From: Candidatus Enterousia onthequi
Lineage (GTDB): Bacteria; Pseudomonadota; Alphaproteobacteria; Rs-D84
Direction: 5' to 3'
Assembly: GCA_018064365.1 (NCBI GenBank)
Contig: JAGHVJ010000009.1
Location: 1-44,330 of the forward strand
DNA length: 44,330 bases
Positions within the stretch are counted from its first letter, which is position 1; each line of letters begins with the position of its first letter. The position numbers were made by a program, and so were the translations under genes. The notes under the pieces are model-generated. The model searched no databases and had not been told where the DNA came from. It saw only the letters and a list, made by a program, of their open reading frames with translations. Shown piece by piece: positions 36,365 to 44,330 of the stretch.

Positions 36365-39150
36365 TAGTGAACTATGCCATCACCATCGACTATCTGAACC
36401 TGACGCCACACATGAGTCTTGCTATCCCCTGTCCCAGTGACATCCAACAAATACAATCCTTCATCTGGCCACAAATTTTCCAAGGTCACATTAATATTAT
36501 TCTCGATGGTTCGTGCCAAATTATCAACATATGTTTTATTATAATAATTATTCCACAGATATGTCTTTTCTACATACAAAGGCAATTCAACCGTAGACAA
36601 ATCTAAAACATGCCACGATTCAACCTGATTACCTTGGTCATCTGTTTCGTATTCGTCTAAATAACGCCATTGCAATTTACCGTCAAAAACACGTATTTCA
36701 GATGTCCGTGCATTATCTCCTTCGATAGCCAAATAACGCCGCAAGCCCTCCATATCAACAGCAATTTCTCCACTTTCGTTCAACAAAATATAACCATCAG
36801 CCGCAGGCGTCAGTTTTATTTGTTTTCCAGCCATCTCAGAATCTATACGATTTATCGCCACATTGAAATCCGTTGTAGTCACCCAATCATCCAACAAAGA
36901 AGTCAAATCATAAACAGTTGTCCACTTTGCAACCGAATTTCCCGTCTCAGTATCTGTTTCAAATTCGTCAGTATATCGCCATTGTAATTTACCATCTTGA
37001 ACACGCATCTCGGACGTTCTGAATCCATCAATTCTCAAAGCATCTTTCAAATCATCATATTTCAACCCGATTATTTCACCATCACTGCCATCGATTGGTG
37101 AAATAGAGATAAAACCACCCTCGCTTTCAGTCAATTTAACCTGTTTCGTCGCCAATCCGTTATCCACATACGTTTTTGTTGCATAATTTTCCAATTCTGT
37201 GGACAAATTACCGCTGGTAATATAATTATTTAAAGTATTTATCAAAGCTGTATTGCTGACATAACTTTCCAATTTACCATCTATTAAATCACCAATCTTA
37301 ACAGAAACATCCGTCCATTTTTTTGTTGTACCATCTGCCTCAAACGCATCCAAATACCGCCAACGCAAAACGCCATCCGATGTTATTTCCATTTCTATAT
37401 CTTTTTGTGCAGCCGGAATTTGTAAATCTTGTTTCAACTTATCAAACTTTACATTTATGGTATCACCATTAATTTCCAAATACCCATTCGCATCAGTAGA
37501 CATAGCCAACTGCAAATCAGACAAATCATTCAACGTTGCATAACCCGCCAACTTTGTTTCAATCAAAGTGTTGATATTTTCAGAAACATTCGTCCATTTT
37601 TTTGTTGTACCATCTGCCTCGAACGCATCCAAATACCGCCAACGCAAAACACCATCAGATGTTATTTCCATTTCAATATCTTTTTGTGCAGCCGGAATTT
37701 CCAATGCGGCTTTTAAATCTTCAAATTTAATACCTATTTGATTATTGTTAATTTCCAAATATCCTGTATCACTCGCAGTCAACGCACCTTGCAATCCAGC
37801 CAATTCCGTTTTCAAAACATATGCAGACAAATCAACAAAATCACTAATTTTTTTGTTCGTTTTATTCCAATCAGTATTACCTGCGTAACGCCACTGAATT
37901 TTTCCATCATTATCAAACTCTACTTCAACAGCACGTTCCGCTGGGATTTCCAAAGCATCCTTCAAATCATCAAATTTAACACCAATTTGATTATTTTCTA
38001 TCTTCAAAAAACCAGTCTCACTCGCGGTCAAAGCACCTTGCAATCCAGCCAACTCTGTCTTTTTTACATAATCTGCCAAAGTTTGAACTTGGACATAATT
38101 TTCTAAATTTTGACGCATCAAAGCACCAATATCGGCCGTATTCCATCTTTTTGTCACACCATCTGCCTCGTATTCATCTGAATACCGCCATTGTAATTTA
38201 CCATTTTCTGCATCATATCTGATTTCAGAACTTTTATTATCCGCAATATTCAAAGCGTCTTTCAAGGCATCAAATCGAACACCAACCTTTCCAGTTTCTT
38301 GATTTATTTCAATAAAACCATTATCAGCCTCACTCAGCACACCCTGCTTACCCGCCAAAGCCTCACTCAACGAAACATTATTATTCGCCAAATCATAAGT
38401 ATTTAAAATACTCCCCAAATCAAGAACCATCTGCTTTTCCGCATCACACGCTGTTTTTGCAGGATTCGCATAACACCACCATAATTTGTAATCATCATCT
38501 ATTTCGGTCAATATTGCCTTATCTGTCCCCAACGCCGTCTGCAAATCATTTTTCAAAGCATCTATATCTATGGATATAACATTATCTTCCGAACCAGTAA
38601 TTTCAATATAATCACCATCACCAACAATCAATGCGTTCTGCTTATCATCTTCCAAACGATCAACCTGTGTACGCAATGCGTCTAACTCTGAACGCAATGC
38701 TTCAACATCCTCACCTGTTGCACCACCACCGGTCCCAGTACCACCACCCCCAGGAACAACACCTGTTGAATGTGACAAATTTAAATATTTACCAATAGAC
38801 AAACGAGCCGACGGAGACGCAACCCCATTAATCGAAACACCATTAGACAAAGAACCATTATCTGCATTTGATACCAAACCAGCACCAGATTGAACAGACA
38901 CCTTATTACTCGTAGAACTCGGTGTAAAACGTAACGAAGAAGCACGAGCTGTTTGACTAACCGCAGTAGTGGACGCCCCCGGCTTTGAATCATTATTCAC
39001 ACTACCACCCGCAGACACACTTGCTCCGCCAGAAACAGTCTTTGTACCACCGCCCAACATACGAACCGCAGGTGCTGCAAACGCCTGCCCACCCAGCATA
39101 GAAACAACGCTGGTCAAAACCAATGAATAAACACCTGTTCTGCGTTTCAT
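36364..39150 (-). CDS. Large secreted repeat protein (about seven ~80-95-aa repeats with a KLQWRY..W motif), fibre-like
   Basis: Signal peptide ...GQAFA; S/G-rich linker; coiled coil; repeats QG.L...GYLEI....IG.KF.DLK.AL.I...EI....G.LQWRY; near-exact DNA duplication 37312-37420 versus 37591-37700. Confidence 0.8.
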   Translation of the reverse strand: MKRRTGVYSLVLTSVVSMLGGQAFAAPAVRMLGGGTKTVSGGASVSAGGSVNNDSKPGASTTAVSQTARASSLRFTPSSTSNKVSVQSGAGLVSNADNGSLSNGVSINGVASPSARLSIGKYLNLSHSTGVVPGGGGTGTGGGATGEDVEALRSELDALRTQVDRLEDDKQNALIVGDGDYIEITGSEDNVISIDIDALKNDLQTALGTDKAILTEIDDDYKLWWCYANPAKTACDAEKQMVLDLGSILNTYDLANNNVSLSEALAGKQGVLSEADNGFIEINQETGKVGVRFDALKDALNIADNKSSEIRYDAENGKLQWRYSDEYEADGVTKRWNTADIGALMRQNLENYVQVQTLADYVKKTELAGLQGALTASETGFLKIENNQIGVKFDDLKDALEIPAERAVEVEFDNDGKIQWRYAGNTDWNKTNKKISDFVDLSAYVLKTELAGLQGALTASDTGYLEINNNQIGIKFEDLKAALEIPAAQKDIEMEITSDGVLRWRYLDAFEADGTTKKWTNVSENINTLIETKLAGYATLNDLSDLQLAMSTDANGYLEINGDTINVKFDKLKQDLQIPAAQKDIEMEITSDGVLRWRYLDAFEADGTTKKWTDVSVKIGDLIDGKLESYVSNTALINTLNNYITSGNLSTELENYATKTYVDNGLATKQVKLTESEGGFISISPIDGSDGEIIGLKYDDLKDALRIDGFRTSEMRVQDGKLQWRYTDEFETDTETGNSVAKWTTVYDLTSLLDDWVTTTDFNVAINRIDSEMAGKQIKLTPAADGYILLNESGEIAVDMEGLRRYLAIEGDNARTSEIRVFDGKLQWRYLDEYETDDQGNQVESWHVLDLSTVELPLYVEKTYLWNNYYNKTYVDNLARTIENNINVTLENLWPDEGLYLLDVTGTGDSKTHVWRQVQIVDGDGIVH

Positions 39151-39174
39151 ACTCTCTCTTTTATCCCTCTAACT

Positions 39175-40083
39175 TTAAAAACTAAACCTTATACCGACAG
39201 ACAATGCATTTTCCAATATTAAATCGTTTTCAACCTGTAATACATACTGATCCACCCCAGAACCCACCGTTTCTTCCCATTCAAATACCCGTGCAATGTC
39301 AACCCCCTTCATCAACGACAAACGATATCTAAAATCAACAAACACATTATCAGCAATTTCCGTTGCATAACCCAACGCAAAACCAACCTTGGGCGATATA
39401 GAGTTTTCTTCAGCACCATCCCCAACAAAAGACGCCCCTGTCAACGTAACCTTTGGCCGAGCAACCCCCAATCCGCCGCCCAAATACATTCCAGAATCAA
39501 AATCATAATACACATTCGCCATCAAATACGGAATAGATAACTTGTATGTAGCAAAATCATCCGCATCTGAAAATTCAGAATTCATACCCAACTCAATATC
39601 ACCACGCAAACCAGAATCGAAATAAGTTCCAACCACAAACGAACCGCCAAACACAGATTCAAACGAATACTCATCACTATCTGCCATCAACCAAACCCCA
39701 GGTTTATCAGAACTATATTCATTTTCCCAAGACCATAAATTCATCATTGCATTAACACCAATATACCAGTCTTTTGATGTTTTCGACAAATTCTGAGTGC
39801 GTTTTTTTGCCATTGACACCGACCGAGCATTGACCATAACAGGCTCTATTTTCTCAATCGTTTCACCTTTATTTGTATATTCCCCAGCCGTCCCAGGATA
39901 CCATTCACGATACTGCAATACCGCAGGACGATAATCTGCCTGACGTGCATACGGATAACAATCACCACCGCATTCTGCACCTGTTCCACACGATTTCGAT
40001 GGCGTATACACCATACTGGCCAACGCACCAACAGGCATAACCCCCGCAAAAAACATATAAAAAGCAACTTTTTTCCACAACAT
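39175..40083 (-). CDS. Outer-membrane beta-barrel protein (opacity/surface-antigen-like) with a Cys-containing N-terminal extension
   Basis: Signal peptide; WYIG; LMANVYYDF; YLGGGLG; VDFRYR; C-terminal VGIRFSF. Confidence 0.85.
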   Translation of the reverse strand: MLWKKVAFYMFFAGVMPVGALASMVYTPSKSCGTGAECGGDCYPYARQADYRPAVLQYREWYPGTAGEYTNKGETIEKIEPVMVNARSVSMAKKRTQNLSKTSKDWYIGVNAMMNLWSWENEYSSDKPGVWLMADSDEYSFESVFGGSFVVGTYFDSGLRGDIELGMNSEFSDADDFATYKLSIPYLMANVYYDFDSGMYLGGGLGVARPKVTLTGASFVGDGAEENSISPKVGFALGYATEIADNVFVDFRYRLSLMKGVDIARVFEWEETVGSGVDQYVLQVENDLILENALSVGIRFSF

Positions 40084-40216
40084 TTTATACCATTTATCGA
40101 ATTAATTTTATCACATTTTCAAACTTTTTCCAAACTATAAAATCATTATTTTTTTAATATCTTTACAATTTTTAACATTTGACCACGGTGTTATTTTTTT
40201 CTAACATAAAAATGCT

Positions 40217-41002
40217 ATGGAAGAAAAGACATCTACAATATCACTAACAAACGTTGCTGCATCATATGATAATGGTGCCGATGTTTTAACCGATGTATCA
40301 TTTAATATCACAGGTGGCGCAATTTATTTTTTAACAGGCGCATCCGGGGCAGGAAAAACAACATTGTTGCGTTTAATTTATCAACTACACAAGCCACACA
40401 CCGGCCAAATTAAATTATTCGGCGAAATTACAAATGATATGTCACGCGATGAAATTACAAACATTCGCAAAAAAATGGCAATTGTATTCCAAGAATACTC
40501 ACTGTTATCACATTTATCTGTATTTGATAATGTCGCACTGCCCTTGCGCGTTCGTGGTGTTTCTGAATCGAAAATTCGTTCTCTTGTCCCCCAGGTACTG
40601 GACTGGGTTGGTTTGGGAAAATATTCAAATGAAAAACCTTTGTCACTCAGTGGCGGTCAACAACAACGCGTATCGGTTGCACGTGCAATTATTGTCCAAC
40701 CATCTATTTTACTGGCCGACGAACCAACTGGAAACTTGGACGATGACAATACCGCACGTTTGATGGACTTATTTATCCAGATGAACAAAATGTTTGGCAC
40801 AACGATTATTTTGGCAACTCATAACCAACGTTTAATAGACACATATAAATTTCCGGTAATACACGTTGAAAACCACCATGTAAAATTCATCACCAAGCCC
40901 GAGGCCCCAACCCAAACAAAAAAATTATGGAAAGGACCTGCCCCAAAAAATTATTTTAATGAATTATCTAAACAATTTGATGACATTGGGAATATACAAT
41001 GA
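40217..41002 (+). CDS. ftsE: Cell division ATP-binding protein FtsE
   Basis: GASGAGKTT, VFQEY.LL.HLSVFDNVALPL, LSGGQQQRV, ADEPTGNLD; upstream of ftsX. Confidence 0.9.
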   Translation: MEEKTSTISLTNVAASYDNGADVLTDVSFNITGGAIYFLTGASGAGKTTLLRLIYQLHKPHTGQIKLFGEITNDMSRDEITNIRKKMAIVFQEYSLLSHLSVFDNVALPLRVRGVSESKIRSLVPQVLDWVGLGKYSNEKPLSLSGGQQQRVSVARAIIVQPSILLADEPTGNLDDDNTARLMDLFIQMNKMFGTTIILATHNQRLIDTYKFPVIHVENHHVKFITKPEAPTQTKKLWKGPAPKNYFNELSKQFDDIGNIQ

Positions 41003-41838
41003 AACAAAAACCTGTTGTTTTTTCACTGATACGCGAACAAAGTACATTTATGACAGCAATTATGTCTGTTTTGACATTTTTGTCTGTTTTAACATTGGGC
41101 ATCGCATTAATGATTGGGACTGGGGCTGTGCGTATGAATACGGCATGGGACTTGGTTGCAACAATTCAGACCAACGATACAAATAATGTTCAAAAAATTC
41201 GTGATGTTTTAAATGACAATAAAAAAGTCATAAAATCAACAAACGAAATCAGTACCAGTCAAATCAAAGATTTAATGTCACCTTGGCTATCAACAAACAT
41301 TTCTTTGGAAAAATACTTACCCAAAGTATGGGAGGTTGAATTCCAAACCGCCACAGACTTAAAAACAGTTCAAACACAAATTACACCATACGCAAAATTT
41401 TTAACCCATAAAAACGCATTATCAACACCGATTCGCGCAGGATGGTATTTAATCGCAATTTGTGTATTGGTATTATTGGTGGCATTGGGCTCAATCACAA
41501 CATGCATAACATACATTGCACATAACACTGCAATGCTGCATAAACGCGAACTTGAAATATTAAATCAAATTGGGGCCAGCGATTCGTTCGTCGCCCACCA
41601 AATGCAGATTATTGTTGCCCGCATTTGCACACGCGCCACAGTATTTGGTTTTGTGATTGCTTTGCCATTTTTGTTTTTAATAATGGCTGCATCACATTCT
41701 GCACGCGTTGGTTTAATGGCAACAATTGGATTAAACGTTTTTGGTTGGACATTATTATGTATGCTACCGATTTTAATCACAATATTTGCAACATATATTA
41801 CAAAACATACAACTAAAAAGATTTTACAAAACAGTTAA
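40999..41838 (+). CDS. ftsX: Cell division permease FtsX
   Basis: Four TM segments, H.RELEIL..IGASDSFVA..; ATGA overlap with ftsE. Confidence 0.85.
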   Translation: MKQKPVVFSLIREQSTFMTAIMSVLTFLSVLTLGIALMIGTGAVRMNTAWDLVATIQTNDTNNVQKIRDVLNDNKKVIKSTNEISTSQIKDLMSPWLSTNISLEKYLPKVWEVEFQTATDLKTVQTQITPYAKFLTHKNALSTPIRAGWYLIAICVLVLLVALGSITTCITYIAHNTAMLHKRELEILNQIGASDSFVAHQMQIIVARICTRATVFGFVIALPFLFLIMAASHSARVGLMATIGLNVFGWTLLCMLPILITIFATYITKHTTKKILQNS

Positions 41839-41841
41839 AAA

Positions 41842-42351
41842 ATGAAAATAATCACACCATCTATTTTAATATTAGGGCTATTTGTATTTGGCGGAATGAT
41901 ATACAAATTAACATCGCCTATGGGATGCGGCCCAATATTACCAAATGACAATATATTTGTTTTAACCGGTGATGCTCGACGCGTTCCATACGCCATGCGC
42001 CAAACAAAAAATTATCCATCTGCCAAGATTTATATAATCGGTGTTGGGGGACATAAATTCGACACATCAAATCGGCATGTAATAATGGAAACAAAATCCA
42101 AATCAACATACCAAAACGCACTGGCGATTGAAAAAATTGTTCGTCAAAAGAATTTATCGCGAATCGTAATCGTCACCACCGAAGAACATATGAAACGCGC
42201 AATTCATTTAATACATCACGAAATTCCAAAAACAGAATTAGTAACATGTTCTGCACCATTGGTTGGCATGTCGGCACCAAATCGTCTGGAACGATGGACC
42301 GCAGAATATTTAAAATATATCGTAACTCTATTTGGTATCAAAGAAGGTTAA
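41842..42351 (+). CDS. YdcF/ElyC (DUF218) family protein
   Basis: IFVLTGDARR, STYQNA, IVIVT..HM.RA, EY.KY; typical ftsX-DUF218-plsC synteny. Confidence 0.85.
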   Translation: MKIITPSILILGLFVFGGMIYKLTSPMGCGPILPNDNIFVLTGDARRVPYAMRQTKNYPSAKIYIIGVGGHKFDTSNRHVIMETKSKSTYQNALAIEKIVRQKNLSRIVIVTTEEHMKRAIHLIHHEIPKTELVTCSAPLVGMSAPNRLERWTAEYLKYIVTLFGIKEG

Positions 42352-42352
42352 A

Positions 42353-43060
42353 ATGTTCAGAACTATTATTTTCAAAATCACACTCGCAATGTATTTTATC
42401 GCATGGACTCCACTATTGGGCCTGTGTTTAATAAATAAACGCCTGACCAGAATTGCAATGCGTGCAGAAACAATAGGGGTTTTATTTTTGGCCAAGACAA
42501 TTGCCGGCATAACATACGCAATACATTATCCACCGGTTGAAGAAAACGGCATACCAACCAAGCCAAACACAAACACCCGTCTGGACGGCAAGGCAATAAT
42601 TGCGGCAAAACATATGTCTATTATGGAGGTGGCAATTTTATTTCTGACAATTCCAAAATCATTTTTTATTGTAAAGCGCGAATTATTATGGATACCGATT
42701 TACGGTTGGGCATTTTGGCGGGTTGGTTTTATCGGCGTGAATCGCACACGCGGACGCACAAACATGTCAAAACTAACCGAACGCGTCACAGACAGAATTA
42801 TGAACGGATACACATTGGTTATTTATCCCGAAGGGACACGCACAATGCCAGGACAACGCCCTGCATTAAAGCGCGGTCTGATGTTTTTAGCCCAAGAATT
42901 AAAACTGCCGATTTTACCAGTTGGCACAGACGCGGGCCTATATTGGCCAAAACGTGGCAAAATGTCCCCTGGGGTCACAAATATGTATTTTGAAAATCTG
43001 TTGCCATCAACGGCAGATTTAAAAGAAATTGCCACGGCAATCAACCAACACAGCGCATAA
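42353..43060 (+). CDS. plsC: 1-acyl-sn-glycerol-3-phosphate acyltransferase (PlsC family)
   Basis: IIAAKHMS..E, KRELLWIP..GW, IYPEGTR. Confidence 0.85.
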   Translation: MFRTIIFKITLAMYFIAWTPLLGLCLINKRLTRIAMRAETIGVLFLAKTIAGITYAIHYPPVEENGIPTKPNTNTRLDGKAIIAAKHMSIMEVAILFLTIPKSFFIVKRELLWIPIYGWAFWRVGFIGVNRTRGRTNMSKLTERVTDRIMNGYTLVIYPEGTRTMPGQRPALKRGLMFLAQELKLPILPVGTDAGLYWPKRGKMSPGVTNMYFENLLPSTADLKEIATAINQHSA

Positions 43061-43270
43061 TCCGATTCGTTTTGACAGCCTCGCAACAACAAAGTAAACA
43101 GTGTATGGCACAGCACAACAAAAAAAATCCCTGTCAATATATGACAGGAATTGGGAATTGAATTTCGGGAACTCTTTGGAAAAGCCCTGAAAGTTTTGAC
43201 ACATTTTCATGCATCTGTTTTTTTGATTTTATAAGTCAACATATATCAACCATAAAACCAAAACTGTGTA

Positions 43271-44206
43271 TTATGGTTCGATGATGGGGTACCAATGTGG
43301 TGCGCCGTCTTCATCTTGGACAAGTAAGCATTTCATATTCGCGGGGCAACTTTCATCGGGACGGGTTTGTTTTGTTTCGTGCAAAGTTGCGATTTGTCCG
43401 GTTTGGGTTATTGTGCGACTAACGACACTTTCAATCGTTTGAACAGTTGTCGCCAATTTTGCCTCAGCCGCTGCAAATTCTTCATCCACATATTTCGTCG
43501 TCGCGATTTTGATTTCCGCCACTGGCCCCGCAATAAATTCACCTGTCCCAGAATTCGTAAAAAATGTCCCTGATACAGTGTCATACATACCAACCTCACC
43601 ATCACTATCGCGTTTAGCAGGGATAAAGTTACGACTTCCAGCTGCGGTAGTCATTTCAAAATAATGTATTCTTGTTTTAGATGCACCACCAGAGTATTTA
43701 TTACACTTAAATAGATATATATTTCCCGTATTAATTAATGTCCCCGCATATGTTGTACTAAAAGTTTCTCCCGCATAAACACCAGATGCACTACCATTAT
43801 CCGCCTCAAAATCAAATTCGTAAGGAACATTTAAACTTGTGTTAAAAAAAGTGGATGATGATTTTCCAACATACCAATCGCTACCTAATGCAAGCCAACC
43901 ATCAGGATGAGAAGAAGAGTTTTTATCCCAAGCCGTAAAGCAAATATTTTGCGCACCTTGTATTCCCCAAGGACGAGTAATACTGTTATAGCCTAACGGT
44001 GTTATTTTTGCTTTCGCCTTTGCATAATTTGTGGTTATTTCTAACCCCGTATCAATATACTGCGTGCCGGTGGATTCGATGTATTCTAACTCTGTATAAC
44101 CGGCGGGTAATGTTGCAAATACGGGCGAGATGAAAAAAGCACAAAAAACACATGCAAAAAGTGCGATTTTCTGAAAAACTCTTAAAAATATATGTTTTTT
44201 ATGCAT
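43271..44206 (-). CDS. Secreted surface/fibre protein, inverted paralog of 102-1370
   Basis: Same leader, LPAGYTELEYIESTGTQYIDTG, RNFIPAKRDSD.E.GMYD and near-identical C-terminal ~80 aa; different central region. Confidence 0.8.
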   Translation of the reverse strand: MHKKHIFLRVFQKIALFACVFCAFFISPVFATLPAGYTELEYIESTGTQYIDTGLEITTNYAKAKAKITPLGYNSITRPWGIQGAQNICFTAWDKNSSSHPDGWLALGSDWYVGKSSSTFFNTSLNVPYEFDFEADNGSASGVYAGETFSTTYAGTLINTGNIYLFKCNKYSGGASKTRIHYFEMTTAAGSRNFIPAKRDSDGEVGMYDTVSGTFFTNSGTGEFIAGPVAEIKIATTKYVDEEFAAAEAKLATTVQTIESVVSRTITQTGQIATLHETKQTRPDESCPANMKCLLVQDEDGAPHWYPIIEP

Positions 44207-44330
44207 TTTTTTACTCTCTCGATATTTTGATTTTTCCTTAGAATTCCTTAGGTTTTTCCCTTTGTGCATAGTATACCAAAAACCTAGGTTTTTTTGCGAC
44301 ACCACACCGCGCGAAGGCCGGATTTTATAA

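Overview
This is a 44.3-kb chromosomal segment, probably a whole contig. It most likely comes from a compact, AT-rich alphaproteobacterium, inferred from LpxI, the ftsE-ftsX-DUF218-plsC cluster, acpP-fabF...mltG synteny and the alphaproteobacterial HTH family; a gut or rumen Rs-D84-like lineage is only a guess. The core is the str-S10-spc-alpha ribosomal superoperon on the minus strand (rpsL to rpsK, 2316-19211), lacking adk and rpoA-rplQ. Other housekeeping genes are mltG, tRNA-Pro(CGG), fabF, acpP, lepA, a DedA protein, rbfA, an RlmD/TrmA-like methylase, lpxI, ftsEX and plsC. The accessory layer has six parts. (1) Six signal-peptide-bearing proteins built from phage-fibre-like motifs share a C-terminal Cys/Trp hairpin motif; two are inverted paralogs at the window ends with swapped central domains, and one has a (CAAA)13 tract in its 5' UTR. 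(2) A DUF559 endonuclease gene is embedded in modular palindromes that are also scattered elsewhere in the window. (3) A repeated structured element has covarying stems. (4) A candidate five-hairpin sRNA has anti-Shine-Dalgarno loops. (5) An identical 18-nt hairpin lies exactly 21 nt upstream of both 5S-rRNA-binding protein genes, rplE and rplR. (6) There are also a catalytically dead integrase, a toxin-antitoxin cassette between duplicated terminators, and a tRNA-linked repeat. All family calls come from motif recognition by eye; no searches were run.
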